Below are positions 1-13,260 of a stretch of 64,000 nt of DNA, in pieces. The stretch lies in contig CM119371.1 in the NCBI GenBank assembly GCA_051294905.1, positions 8,248,001-8,312,000 of the forward strand, in the 5' to 3' direction. A program made the translations under genes and the position numbers. Positions within the stretch are counted from its first letter, which is position 1. The number at the start of each line of letters is the position of its first letter. Origin of the DNA: Botryllus schlosseri. Its lineage: Eukaryota. The notes below the pieces were generated by a model that saw nothing but the letters and a program-made list of their open reading frames with translations, was not told where the DNA came from and searched no databases.

Positions 1-36
1 ATCCATTCAACACTAAGAGTAATCAATCATTATCAC

Positions 37-906
37 TAGGGCGGTTTTTTTTTACCTAAAAAAAATAAAATTTTGACCTAAAAAATCGAAATTTTGACTT
101 TTTTTGACCTAAAAAAACTGAATTTTGACCAAATTTTGACCTAACGTATGCAAATTAGGTGTTTTCCCACATAATGTTAGAATTCTACCACTTATCTTCA
201 TTTCTGGTTGGAACTGACTGTCCTAACGAAGTAGTTTGGCCTGAAAAACGTTTTTGGCTTAGAAACAGGCAACTTTTTACATGGAAAAACAACATTTTAA
301 TGAAATCTGGCCCTATGAAGAATTCCAGTGGTTACAATATGTATTAGGGTAGAAATAATTAAATATTTTGTAGTACAACGAGAGATACTTTCCTTTGGGT
401 AGAAAGTGCACGTCCTTACTAAGAAGCTTGCCAAGGATGTTCAACAGCAGTAGTTGTTGGCTGACAACACTCAAGTTGTGCGTACACTGCTGGTGCTGGT
501 GACACACCGTGTTGCTTCATTCTGACAATGTTGTCTACAACACAATTTTTCATCATGCGCTTCTTAATGTAAGAATGATGCAATGCACAAGAAGTCTTTC
601 TTCATTTAGGATATTGCGGTACGTTGACCATAACACCATGTCTACCTATTATTTGTTTTGTTTGACCGTTTATGATTCACAATGGGCAGACGATTAGCCG
701 TTTACAACGGTAGGCCTATAAAAAACGCTAAAAGCGGTAAAATATCAAATTATAAGTTCACCGACAGTGCAAAATCTACAATACAAGCAAAATCAAGACG
801 TCAAAATTTTTTGACTTTTATGAAAAATTTTGACAAATTTTGACCTAACGCTACAATTTTGACAACATTTTGACAAATTTTGACATGTCAAAAAAAAACC
901 GCCCTA
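37..906. mobile_element. hAT-type non-autonomous DNA transposon (TAGGGCG family), copy 1
   Basis: TIR TAGGGCGGTTTTTTTT...AAAAAAAACCGCCCTA; perfect 8-bp TSD ATTATCAC (29-36, 907-914); subterminal TTTTGAC repeats; homologous copy at 15369-16576. Confidence 0.9.
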
Positions 907-1403
907 ATTATCACTAACCAATTCCCGTATTTTGAAACCAATGTAACACTCGCATTAACGATAATTCGCCGAATTATCTCTGTTTATTGTAGGTTAGAAC
1001 ACTGCAAATACATACTAGCTCTACGTTATTACCATTCACCAAAGCCAGCTATTCCCAATTCAATGTAATTTTGCTTAAAACCTTCATTTTTCAACGCTTT
1101 TCCATTAGCGCTCATAGTAAACTTGCCCGGCCTTGTACTTTGTTTACATCGTGCTGCAACCTGATTGGCTCGTATCAAAGGTCACGTAAGTGTCTATTAA
1201 AGAGTACGGTGTATTCCTAGAATTGATTGAAGCCGTTTGAATGGATTAGTAAAAGACCGTGGCTCTAAACATTGGATCGTTTGCCTTTATTATGGGGATG
1301 GCAATTATGTTCCAAAATATGCCCTGAATAAGCATGTGCAAAGCTCTGTTAGTTTGACATCATATTGGCAGACATTGTATTCATGTTTCATTCATCATTC
1401 CAG

Positions 1404-1508
1404 GTGAAGAAAGTGGATTTGCGTCGCAATAATTTCTCAGCAACAGCAGTACGTTCACTTCTCGGGCATCGTCGGATTGAATCGCTATCTGGAAAATTGG
1501 ATTGGGAA
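1404..1508 (+). CDS. Internal exon of host gene; leucine-rich repeat motif (VKKVDLRRNNFSATAVRSLLGHRRIESLSGKLDWE)
   Basis: ttccag acceptor, GAA|gtgaga donor, 105 bp, phase 0/0, no stops; matches LxxLxLxxNxF LRR pattern. Confidence 0.75.
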
Positions 1509-1639
1509 GTGAGATCGACTCTATGATTTAGTTGTGTACTAATAAGCCCGTATAATTTTATGTGGGTATGCGGAGACTTGTGACGAGATTGGTGACGCCA
1601 TAGTCGTGATAGAAAGCATTATACATACATTATCTGCAT

Positions 1640-1960
1640 TAGGGCTGTTGAAAAAACCTTCACACTTCTTCGGCTATGTTATAAAATTGTTAGGTTGGCG
1701 AGAACATTGCTGCACGCCAACTTTGGGTCAATTGCAACCAGTAGAAGAGATTTTCTTGCAGTAGAAAATTTTGGATTTATCTTTAAAAAATTAAATTTTA
1801 AAATTTTTCTGTCAACAACGTAAAACTGTTGGGCTGTCAGTAGAGACGATGCACAACAAATGTGACTCAATACCAACCACTACAAGCAAAGTTATTGCGA
1901 TAAAAAATTTTGGATTCGAATAAAATAATTTTACGGTAGCTACGGCAGTTACGGAAAATA
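1640..1960. mobile_element. Partial copy of TAGGGCTGTTCAAAA MITE family
   Basis: Starts TAGGGCTGTTGAAAAAA with an internal CAATTCCAACCAGTA-type motif; homologous to 10957, 19753, 51075, 56702 end and 61649 end. Confidence 0.6.
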
Positions 1961-4079
1961 AAAAGAATATCGGCCTGGTGTAAATGACCATAGTAGTCGA
2001 CAAACACCATGAATACCACAAACCAACCAACCAACGGTAGCTAACTCTTTAATTATTTATTCAAATAATATTTCAATGAACTTTCGTTTTTATACCGACT
2101 GCCAAAGTTAATATAGAATCGCAAGACTTGAAACAAATCACATATTTGTTTGATCATAACACAGACAAGGTATAAAACATTTCCGATATTTTATAAACTA
2201 GTCATATTACTCTACACATCTATCAATATCAGACTGCAAGTCGTCAAACTTTTTGTTTAAAGTAACATTTCACTTTTGGAATCGGATTCGTTATAGTCAT
2301 ACAAATTGTATTAAACCCAACATCAAAACAAAAGAACTTTTTAGGTGATTAAAATCAAATCATTCGTCTTCGACTTGTGCTTTTTTAGATTGCACGCAAC
2401 AATTCGTTTCGAATGAGTTGTAACGAAAGTTAAGATAACTTTGTGTCCACGGGTATAGAGGATGAATCAAGCTAACACAATCACGAATCGACGTTTCTGA
2501 GTATTTCACGTTAGTAATAAACTTGTTAGTGTCTGAAAGTATGCATGCGTTCGATTTCCATACCGACTGTTGCGATGTTTAGGATTCGCTTACAATGACC
2601 GAGAGTGAGGATTTAACATCAATGTCGTTACTGTCGGAATTCGCAACAGAGAATTGAAACATTACACAGTGTGAAAATATCTCTTTGGTATCAAAGCACT
2701 ATCCCAAACACACGATTATTACTCAACTCCGTTTACACTTTCTATAGAACGTGCTAAATGAAAAATATCGCGAGGTTACACTCTAAGACTTTAATCATTA
2801 CAAAAGTAAATAGGGATATGTTTGCTAGACGCATCCAATTCAACTAGAAGTGTCTAGTGCACAACACTCGTAATATCAAGGAAGTACTTGCTACAGTGTA
2901 ATTTACTAAACGTGTTTTGCATTGTTGTTCATTTGTAGTATTGATTGAAATTGTTTTTTGAACCCTCAAATAATAATTCCCGACATGAAACCAAGCCGCT
3001 GAAAGTCGTTACCATCACCAAGAAACAATTTATACGATGTTTGCCAAATGTGTCCTATAGTTAGGTGTACTAGAATTATATGTGTAACACATACACCGAC
3101 AAAGAAATCGGACATTTTTCCGTTGTTATTCGTCAAAGTAAATGTCATCACAATACTCAGTCGCTAAAATACCTTACTTGTTTGTGATTGAATCGCCGGT
3201 AATTAACTCGCTAAATCAAACCCCAAGAATTTTCACTTATCAGATTATGACATTAAACAGAGTCGCTTAATCGGTGTAGATCGTTTTTTCTAAATGTAAA
3301 TCATATATGTCGAGCAGAAAACAATTTTCACTCGCTCGGTCTCCATTCGATATTTTGTTTGTGTCAAATACTTTACAATAAACAGACTGGAGTGGTTGAG
3401 CTTTACATCATCAAGCTGCCATTTGCAAATCAAGATTTCAGCCAACTTGTGACTGTATCGTTCAAGTAACCGACATTTAGTGATTGGTTAACATACCAAA
3501 CGATACACATCCATCTCCGAAATACTGCGTTGGTCTAAATTTCCATCATCGTGATAATCGAAGTATATTTGTTTCGATTTCGTAACAACTGACTTTTCTA
3601 TGACATGATAAATTTTTGACAAGTTATACTTTGAAGATTGGTTGTATATCACGAAAAATAATATACCACTAATATTGATACTGTTACTCCATTGATCGGT
3701 ATTTTCAAACGAGTAAAATTTATTACTTGCGTTTCTCCGCTTACTATATGAGAATGTAACCTCATCCGTCTTTTAACATCACAAAGACATCGATAAAAAG
3801 TAGGCAATCAAACGCGACAAGTTTAACTTTTGTAGGTTGTGTATGATTACCCCACACAACTCATTTCTTACCAAAGGCATATGAAATATATTCATGTCAC
3901 ACGAAAATTTTCGCTCGATATTCCCATGCTACGAACCTGTGCGATGATTGGTGGCGATTTCAAACTGTTTCGATACCTCAAGAACTTCATTGTCTGAATG
4001 GATGTTCATGTATCTTAATAATCAAATAGTTCAACACAGAACTAGTACTAACAGAAACATCAGAGTTGTTTATACACCT

Positions 4080-4515
4080 TTTTCCTGAAAGTACGACATG
4101 TCGCCGCGTCCATAAGAATAACGATATATCATTGTCGCAATCACCGTAAACGTTAGGATTAACTCGAATCGGTCATATATAATAATCTGGAATATACACA
4201 ATAACTAAGGACCAATCACGTGACTATTTACTACACCTGATACATATTCAACACCATGCCGCCGCAGCCTATATCTGAAAGTACGACTCACCACCACGGG
4301 TTTTCAATACGACACACCAACGCAGGCTATACCTGAAAGTACGACTCACCACCACGAGTTTTCCATACGAGTCACCGCCACAATCTATACCTGAAAGTGC
4401 GACACACCAACGCGCCCATAAGAAGCCATTACGAATCACCGCCGAGAGGGGGGTCTAAAAGTACGAATCACCACCACGAAGTTTCCAGACGAGTCGCCGC
4501 CGCGCCCATAAGAGC
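4080..4515. repeat. Degenerate tandem array, core TACGA(C/G/A)TCACC(A/G)CCACG, 26/32-bp spacing
   Basis: Core starts at 4282, 4308, 4340, 4366, 4398, 4430, 4462, 4488, plus an outlier near 4092. Confidence 0.8.
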
Positions 4516-5036
4516 CCCTGCCACCTCATCAACGATCATACTAACTACTAACGATTTGTTTCCCTTGCAATATGGGAGTCGATATGATGTCCATGAAGTA
4601 ATTCTGAGTTACATGCTCACAATAGCAAACTTTCCAATTTCGAGTTAGGATCAAAAGACGAAATTCGCTCGTCAATTCGCGTAAATACAGGAATACAGTT
4701 TTGGGTGCGTATGATTTGCTTCGAACATCAACTATATTGACCAAATGTCTTTGTCTCAATTCGTAGAGTTTTTCCCCCTGATATCGCTAACATACATCTT
4801 GCCACATATAAACGAGTGTGAGATATTGAGTGATTGCGGAGTTAATGAGTCGCAAATGTCAAAAAATACCGCCACTGACAAAAGCCAGTAAAATCAGTGA
4901 TCCGTGTCGATGACGTATAACACATGATGATCTGTGATGCCTCGTTCGCCACTGTATCTGCGATATGACGTCACGATATTTGGTGGATGAGCGATAAAAT
5001 ACACGATCTCGAGCTTCACATCTGAACAATATTCAG

Positions 5037-5159
5037 GTTGTCAAGCTGATTGTAGGAGAAGAACGGGTTGAATTGAACAACGAAGAAGATGTCATCAAGA
5101 TAAGTGGAAGTCGCGTATCTACTGGCGCGGTAACAATTGAAGGGCACTTCAACGTAAAG
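5037..5159 (+). CDS. Internal exon of same host gene (VVKLIVGEERVELNNEEDVIKISGSRVSTGAVTIEGHFNVK)
   Basis: attcag acceptor, AAG|gtttga donor (alternative AAC|gtaaag is also phase 0); 123 bp open. Confidence 0.65.
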
Positions 5160-5596
5160 GTTTGATATCAAGATGATTCAACTTTGATAGCGAGTCCATA
5201 CTTCTGATTGGATTGAACTTTCGCTCATTTCACTGACTTTACTATGCGCGCAACTGTACTGGCATGTGAAGCGATGACCTCGCAGTTTAGTATAGTCAAG
5301 CTATAGCCTATGACTCAATTATGAACGTTTTGAAGACGCGATAATTTTGTAGGGAATAGTAAGCGTACAGCTTGTGCTAAATTCATTAGTAATTTTTTTG
5401 CCTGCTGAATTTAAAGATATTTTGCCGTGACTGTATACTTTAATTTTCAATTCCATTCGGGATTTTAGATCACATCGATTAAAAATCAAAGGATGAGGTT
5501 ATGAACCATCGTTATTTTGAACAGGCAAGCCATCTTCTTGAAATATTTCGAAATCTTGCACTGAAAAATTCTGAGGTGGAGGTGGAACATTTAAGG

Positions 5597-6429
5597 CAGG
5601 GGTCGCCAACTTAAAACGGGTCGCGGGCCACTTTTCAAATTTCGTAGCGGCCGCGGGCCGCATATATTCAATATCGATATAAAGTGGGCAACCACGTTTT
5701 AAAACTCTACGTCAGTACAACGCTGTTCTACCTAACATAGGCAATGGGTATCGTGACCACAAAAAAGTGATATTTAAATACAACAAAGTATACTGATATT
5801 TAAATACAACAAAGTACCACTGTCATTTTATTTTAAACTGCGAGCTGTGCACGATACCTAGAAAGGCTTTTTGGACTAGCGAGATACGTAACTAGCTGAA
5901 AGACCATTCCCACTTGAAGCTTAATCTAGTGGGTAAGCCCTAAGCCAGTGGTTCTCAAACCTTTTTTGATATGCCCCGCTACATGATACTGAAAAATTTC
6001 GCGCCCCCTTATCGTCATATCACAAAATGCATCCATAATGCTGGCTATCCGAACGGATAGTTTGATGGTATGGAAGGTTATGAATGTTAACGAGAGAATT
6101 CTATAATATGAATTCCGAATTATACACAGAGCACTTGCTATAACTATGAATTCGAGAAAAATCGCGCAGGGCGCGAAAATTTTTTAGTTGAACGCAGCTC
6201 CACGGCCCCTTCAGATGCTTTCACGCCCTCACCCCCATATGATGGACGTACCCCCAGTTTTAGAAACACTTCCCTAAGCAGTTTTCTAGGCGTCTCGGTA
6301 TTGGAAGTGTTTGGGCCATTGCACGTCAATTTCAGAATTTCAAAATGTTTTCTTAGCTTTCTTCAGAAATCTCAAATCATGTCGCGGGCCTCAAATATGA
6401 CCTGGCAGGCCGCGTGTTGGTGACCCCTG
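5597..6429. mobile_element. hAT (Charlie/Buster-like) MITE
   Basis: CAGGGGTCGCCAAC...GTTGGTGACCCCTG TIRs, GCGGGCC subterminal motifs, perfect TSD ATTTAAGG. Confidence 0.9.
5946..6271. mobile_element. hAT MITE nested in 5597-6429
   Basis: CAGTGGTTCTCAAAC...GTTTTAGAAACACTT TIRs; perfect TSD CCCTAAGC. Confidence 0.85.
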
Positions 6430-8824
6430 ATTTAAGGTATATTCTGGACACAGTTCTGCTTCGATTTATGTAAAACACCATTGTAAGGGACGCGATTTGG
6501 AATCGAATAGCTTAGTTTACTCAAATCAAATAACCTTGAATCCAACGTTATTTGACTTTGGTCAATTCAAATAACCAATACAATGATACAGTGATTAGGA
6601 GTTGAAGCGAATTTAAATATTCTGTTAATTCAAACCCTGAATTTGTCAATGGCCAAGTACCTCTACTTTTCCGAAGTAGTCTAGTACTCCCCTACTTGTA
6701 GCACTTAAACAAGTAAATCCAATATTCCAACACTCTACTTCTACTTGTAGCCTACTGTCATATTTTGAGACTTACATTACTTACTTCTCGATATTTACAA
6801 ATTATCAAGTAGAAGTATTATGTACTCCCAAAAAGAGAGAGTGAGAGAGAGACCAAGACGAAGAAATTCAGATGAAGAGTCTAAATTTCATTAGCTTGGC
6901 GCAAAATAGATATGGACGGACTAACATATTTGTTGAAAATTCCTGGTCAATATAATGCATATAGCGTTTACGTGGTTCATGTGCGTAATTTCAGGCGACT
7001 CGTTTGAAAAGCTTTGTTCACATAACGCGACGATTTCGTCTAGTCCGTTGTAGGCAGTAGTAGTCACTATTGTAAAGCGAACCTCGAGTGATCGTACGAT
7101 ACGCAAGCCGGAAGCAATCTGACTGGCATGATTCCTTGATTGTTTTTCCATTGAGTTAATTACCTAGTCTCTGTTATCTACGTCGTATATTCTATTGTGC
7201 TTTCTTATTGAGTTTGTGTTTGAGTGCTCAGTGCGATGGTTATTGTTCTTGGGCGACTCGCCAAATTAACAATTTTCGAAGGCTACTGTGGCTCAGCCGG
7301 CATCGTATTCTAACTCTTACAGTTTAAGGTGTTGGAGTAATTTCTTGTCTTGACTTTGATTTATCTGTTTGCAAGTCACTGATATTTCTTTTGAATTTTG
7401 GTGATAAAATTCTTCAATCGGGCGTATATCTCAGGGCTTCTTGTTGGTGGATTGTGACCTAACTCGCAACAATTTATTTTCACAGCATTCCACTCTATCA
7501 TACAAAACGGTTCTTTCCCTCGCAGCAGTGGAATTTTTTATCAACCTCTTCAATGCACAATTTGTCAAATTGATTGAAGAACTGTGTGTTGAGCAGGCTG
7601 GTTTGCGGGAGTTATCGGAGTGTAAAGTAGAAAAGGTCAGTTACAGATACACTTTTTTATGCTATTTATTTAGTTTCATGTTTGCTGTAGATTTGAACTT
7701 TCAATCACGGCTGACCGATTCGACTATACGATTTGCTTCTACTTTAAGACGTGCTTCATCTTACAGCAGGTAGTCCAGTAATCAATACCTAAATATCTGA
7801 CAAAAATGAGTAACCGAAGCCGAACGATTTCTTGTGCGCGCTTGAATTAATAATAATTATGCGGGAGTAGTGTGCAGGTGGCCAATTCGATTTGGGGGTT
7901 CAAGGCATATTTTCATGACTCGCTGTTACAATTTCAGTAGAGTTAATATGGTCTTATTTTGATAAGACCATATAAAAATCTTAGAAGATATCGAATTCGA
8001 TATTTTTAGTAACGAGAGAATGCGCAAAGTAGTAAGATGCAAGTTTCATTTTATAACTTGTGCTGTCAATTTCCACTCAACTTGCGTTTGTAATATTGCG
8101 AGTCGGTCTGGAGTGTACACAGAAGTGATTAATGTTGTCAGCGTCGCTAATCAAGTCCAAGCAGAAGAAATGGTTTGAATTTACATACAATTCTGAGTAG
8201 AGTCACCTCTTAAAATACCTGTTAAAAGTAGAAAATGTAAGGCCTGGACAGTACTCAAGTAAGAAGTGTTCAGAAGTATTTTAGTCGATGTTTCGCAGAT
8301 ATTTTGCAGTATATCAGTGGTGGCTACTTTTGACTTTCTTCTTTCAGAAATCCAATGCGTGAAAAGTATGTGCATTTGCGAAAAAGCTGTTCGAGTATAA
8401 ATGGCAGTAGCTTAAAATCGAAACCAATTGAGTTAGTAATATTAGTAGACATAGCCTATTTTGTGCTCTGAAATGCAGTTTTTTGATGGATGTGGTTATT
8501 AAAGTTTTCTTACTTCAAGTACTTGCGCAAGGGGTCGTCTTTCCACTTCGACTTGAGCAATCTTTCGGCAAGTCTACTTACTGGTCACAATCTGCATTCT
8601 GAAAAGTATTAAGCAGTTCGTAAGTTTTCATTAAAATTATGAGTGAAATTGTCATAATAACCCTGTACTCTGGAAATATGTAAGTGACACGTTAATAGAT
8701 GTGGTTAGCAAACCAGAACTTGTACTTCTCCAGAATACTCTAATAAATTTTCCCTACTTTCGCTACTTACTCAAGCGGCAATGTTTTTGACAACTTCCAA
8801 TTCTACTTGAGCAGTTCTTTTACA

Positions 8825-9115
8825 TAGGGTTACCATACGTCCTCTTTTATGAAGACTTATCCTCTTTTTTCGGGTTATTGGAAATGTCCTCCGAGGACGC
8901 CTAAATGTCCTCCTTTTTGAAATTTTGTCCTCTTTTTTCTGAATTTTGCTGAAACACAGGGAAAAATTCGACCGAGATACCATAAAATAACACTGAACTA
9001 ACTGTCAGGCGGGTATTTCGTGAGCTGAGCGAAAGTTTACCTTTTTTATAGTCAACCGACTACGAAGTGGAAAAAGTTTACCATTTTTACCCGATTCCAG
9101 AATATGTTAACCCTA
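8825..9115. mobile_element. hAT MITE (TAGGGTTACCATACGTCC family)
   Basis: TAGGGTTACCATA...TATGTTAACCCTA TIRs, TTTTACA duplicated; homologue at 32902-33228. Confidence 0.8.
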
Positions 9116-9902
9116 TTTTACAAGGCTAATTGCTTGTTGTATTTTGTATTCTGATACGGAGAAAGTAGTTCGTGGTAAGTTTTCATAAATTTTGATTCTG
9201 GAAAGTATATAGTACTTCACGGATAAGTTTTCATCTATTATATAAGTGAAATTGTACGCTCAAGCATTGGCGTTGTCAGAGGTGAAAATTAACAATGCAT
9301 GCTACAAATAATGGTTTTGGAAAGCTGGCAGTTAACAATTCAAATAAGGTATGCTTCTCCGTTCCAAGTATATAGGTACGTTCGGGTAAACATGAGTAAC
9401 CACGTTACATAGCCAGAGTTCCTTACAACCTATATCCAGAGGTGATCAGTAACAAAGTACTTCTACTTGTCGTAGTAATTCAGTAGATTATTCCTAACTC
9501 CTTACTCAAGTGGTTATGATTTCAAAGTACTTTCAATTCTATTTGCGGTTTTTATTTTTCAGACAAATCTAGGCCTTGAGTACTCACTTTGTTACTACCT
9601 GCATATTGATTCTTATACCTCTACTTGAGTAGAAATTGAAGGCGTTACTTCTACTTGACCACCTACGATGACTACTTTGACCATCATCTTCTATATCATC
9701 CGTTTGTACAATGCATATCATATTCATAAGTAGATTTAAAAAAAGCATGTTCTTGGATGAGACTAAAACCGAAGTAGTATATGGAGAATCGAAGAATTTA
9801 TACTAGTTACTATTGTACTGAAACTATATAAATAATTATTCAAATGGGAATACATCGTAACAATCAAGTGGTATTACCTAATGAAACCAATATTGTGTTC
9901 AG

Positions 9903-9980
9903 ATAAGCAAGATCGTGCTCGATTGCACAGAAGGATACATCGACTGGTCGATGATTGAGACTTGCTGGAAAAAGTATCAA
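9903..9980 (+). CDS. Internal exon (ISKIVLDCTEGYIDWSMIETCWKKYQ)
   Basis: tgttcag acceptor, CAA|gtatga donor, 78 bp, phase 0/0. Confidence 0.7.
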
Positions 9981-10115
9981 GTATGATTCCTGATTCGATT
10001 CATAAAGTATTTCCAAACGCATTTATATTTACCTATGACTTTATGTGACTTCGGACCCAATGATCTCTTCCGTGACTATCTTCAAATCTGAAAAAAAAAA
10101 TGTTCCGCATTTTAG

Positions 10116-10283
10116 TTGGATCTCCTGGATATTGCCGTAAATGGCCAGATACCAGTCGACGATTACAAACTAATTTTGGAGCGCGGGAGAGCAATTTCGG
10201 TTATCCTTCATATCCATGCAATGTTTTACGTTGAGAAAGCAGATGAATTCATGAAGACGTTAGAAGCTTGTCAGCAAAAGAAG
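10116..10283 (+). CDS. Internal exon (LDLLDIAVNGQIPVDDYKLILERG...EFMKTLEACQQKK)
   Basis: ttttag acceptor, AAG|gtagta donor, 168 bp, phase 0/0; coincides with ORF 10116..10307. Confidence 0.75.
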
Positions 10284-10470
10284 GTAGTACTTATCATCCA
10301 GTATTAGTTGCATTGGATATATTGAACGTTCTTCCCCACCATCGCACGTTTATCATTGAATCCTGCCGTACAGCACGAGTCCCCTCCATATGAATTAAAT
10401 TATATTCCATGCACGAGATATCCACCACAGTTGCGGAGTTCGTGGTTCCTGGCAATTTGTTCATCTTAAG

Positions 10471-11908
10471 CATGGGGTATCAACCTCAACTGGCGTCGCG
10501 GGTCGGATTCAAACCTTCAGAGCAGTCGCGGGCCGGACCAGTCAATTGATTCCAAAATATTTCCTCTAAATCCACGCCCTTGTTTTCCACTTGACTACTC
10601 AATTATAAAGCTTATATGCATTATAATAATTACATTGTATCACGGGCCATCTGGTTCTATTACATCAATACCTTTATTCGCAATCAACCAAATGGGTGAA
10701 ATGACGATGATTGGCCGGTTAAATAGTTTCATAAATTCCTAAAACAGCGGCTTTACCGACGATATATGTTTACATATTGCTATGATAGCTTTGTGATTGA
10801 CCACATTGTCGTCCTTTAGTCGGAATCTGACAATATAGTCCTGTCTATGAGTTGTGAGGAATACAAGCGATTTAACCGTAGACGTAGACGTTGAAATTTG
10901 GTTCATCATTTTTACATCGTGATTCGGGTGTCTCCGGAAGCCAAGGATATGTTAAGTAGGGCTGTTCAAAAATAACTTTTTTTCCTGAATCTTGCTGGCT
11001 ACTTGATTAAATCGGTAGGTTGCCTTAAAAAACGACGCACACCAAATTTGAATTCATTCCAACCAATTTTCGCGGTTTTCGTACAGTTTGAAATTTTGAA
11101 TTTGCGTAAATTTCAAAAAAGATTTTTTTTCAATTTTTCTGCCAATCCCATGAAACTATGCAAAATAAATCTGACTCATTTTCAAGCCGTAGAAACGGAG
11201 TTATTTCAGTTTTTCTTTGATAATTCCAGGATTATCCTTGATCGGTGGATATTCCGAGAATTATCAAAGAAAAACTGAAATAACTCCGCTTCTACGGCTT
11301 GGAATTGAGTGCGACCACAGATATTCAAATTATATTATCCACTTCTGCAGAAAACAAATGGACTTTGTGGTCCATTTTTCCATAAAACGCACTGAGCACT
11401 TTTTTGCCTTCTCGAAAGTGGATGCCAATTAGGACTCATTTTGTAAAATTTTCAGATTTACAATACAGCAGTAAAATCCGAGAAAAGAAGTTTGTAGTTG
11501 GTTGAATAAAAAAAGGTCATCTTTCTGGCTCAACTCCCGAAAGACCCGCCTGACCGTTACTTCAGTACTTATTCCCAGTTTCTCAGTGGAATTTCACATA
11601 CATTTAACCAAAATTTTCAGAAAACAAGATATATTCTCAAAAAGAGGCCATTTGAGTGTGTTCCGAGAACACTTTCAACAAAGTCAAAAAACAGGACGTA
11701 TGGTGACACTAGTGTCAATGGCAGTGACGGTCGGATGGTTATAGTGTGGCCTATGAACTAGCTCGACATTTTCTGACTTGACAGAATGGAAGTGTTTCGT
11801 ACTAAAAATCTCAACATTTGTTAGAAATGTGCCGGATAATATAGCCATTTTTTCAGAATCGCCCAGCGGGCCGGATGTGGCCCGTGGGCCTTATGTTTCA
11901 CACTCCTG
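10471..11908. mobile_element. Diverged hAT MITE carrying nested fragments (TAGGGCTGTTC copy at 10957)
   Basis: CATGGGGTATCAAC...GTTTCACACTCCTG ends, GCGGGCCGG motifs, TSD ATCTTAAG/ATCTAAAG. Confidence 0.7.
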
Positions 11909-13260
11909 ATCTAAAGTATATTGTAAAACATCATGGCCCCTGGTGAAAGGGTCAACAATAGTGTTAAGCATCATTATGAGACATAGTATTAATAGCAGAG
12001 GTGGTCTACTTTTTCGAAGTACTCAAGTAGTTGTCCTCTACTTATGGTACTTACTCAAGTAGATCTGATTTTCGCTAATTCTACTTCGTAATATTTTGTG
12101 ATCTACTTACTTACTTTTCGCTATTTTCAATTTGTCAAGTAGAAGTAGTTCAATCTTCCAATCAGGAAGATAGCCTGAGAAATTTCGGGTCTGTTTTCAC
12201 GGAGTATTAACATTTAAGTTTCATAAAAGTTGAGTAAAGCGAAGAATTTTCGTCGCGCTTCGCGCGCAGTGGATACGGAGTGACCAGTATGATTTCACGA
12301 AAGTTTGGGTGAAAATAATTTAGGTCGCGGGCTGGCGTGGTTCCGTTTACACCACATTGTCGTCCTTCGCCCATATGAAATAATTCATCACAGTATATAT
12401 GGCTAATCCATGACGTTTGAAACTGATGTTTCGCAATCTAGCATTTACTTGTCATATCGTAATCTAGCACAGTGCTCTTCAACCGGGGTTGTCGTACACC
12501 CTAGGGTGTGCCAGAATTTTCAAAGGGTGTACCACTCGGATGGGGTGTACAGGGGTGTACCAGATTCGAATTACAAAAGAGCCGATGGCTAGCTATCACA
12601 AAAGCAGTTTATGCGTCAGTACAGGTTGACGCACTGGTTAATGAGCAATATGGCAGTGCTCCACAACCGGGTGTTTCGTACACCCCGCGGTGTACCATAA
12701 TTTGTAGAGGGTGTACCACTCGGATAGGGTCTACAGGGGTGTACCAGATCCACTTATGATGAAACGATGACACGATGACTATAGCTATCACAATAAATAC
12801 GCCAGTTTATGCTTCACAACAGATTGACTCGATGTGTAATATCGTACAATGTGATGTCATAAGCAAATGTTTCCAATCATTTAACCTTTGGTAATGGACT
12901 TATTACTTCCTTTTCGAGTAGAGTAGGGTGGAGTTAGCATGTGTTCAGCTTGCTATATCTGTCTGATGATTCTCGAGGGAACCACCGCTACAGCTCGGAC
13001 ATTTTGAATTGGTGCTTCCTGCGGCCAGCTTATGAATAGCGCAGAATACATGCTTGCACAGCCAGTGGGTCGAGTTTGCGAACCACTGCGTTAGATGGTG
13101 GTCCAGTAACCTCGAGCCCTGGTTCGTATTTAGCATTTCCTATACGCTGCAGCCTTGCTCAAATGTCCATCCTTATTTCGGCTAGGCCAGGGGTGCTAAA
13201 CCTGCGGACGTACGGCAATTTTGCGACCTTCTACACATATTTAAATTAGCGTGTGTTGGC

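Noticed and set aside
3790..3830. KVKLVAFDCLLF resembling nucleotidyltransferase (ligase/capping enzyme) motif IIIa
   Set aside because: Isolated short match; no KxDG or other motifs found in frame
4270..4515. CRISPR array or Y[DE]SPPR coding repeat
   Set aside because: Eukaryotic context, no cas genes, no unique spacers; spacings of 26 and 32 bp break any reading frame
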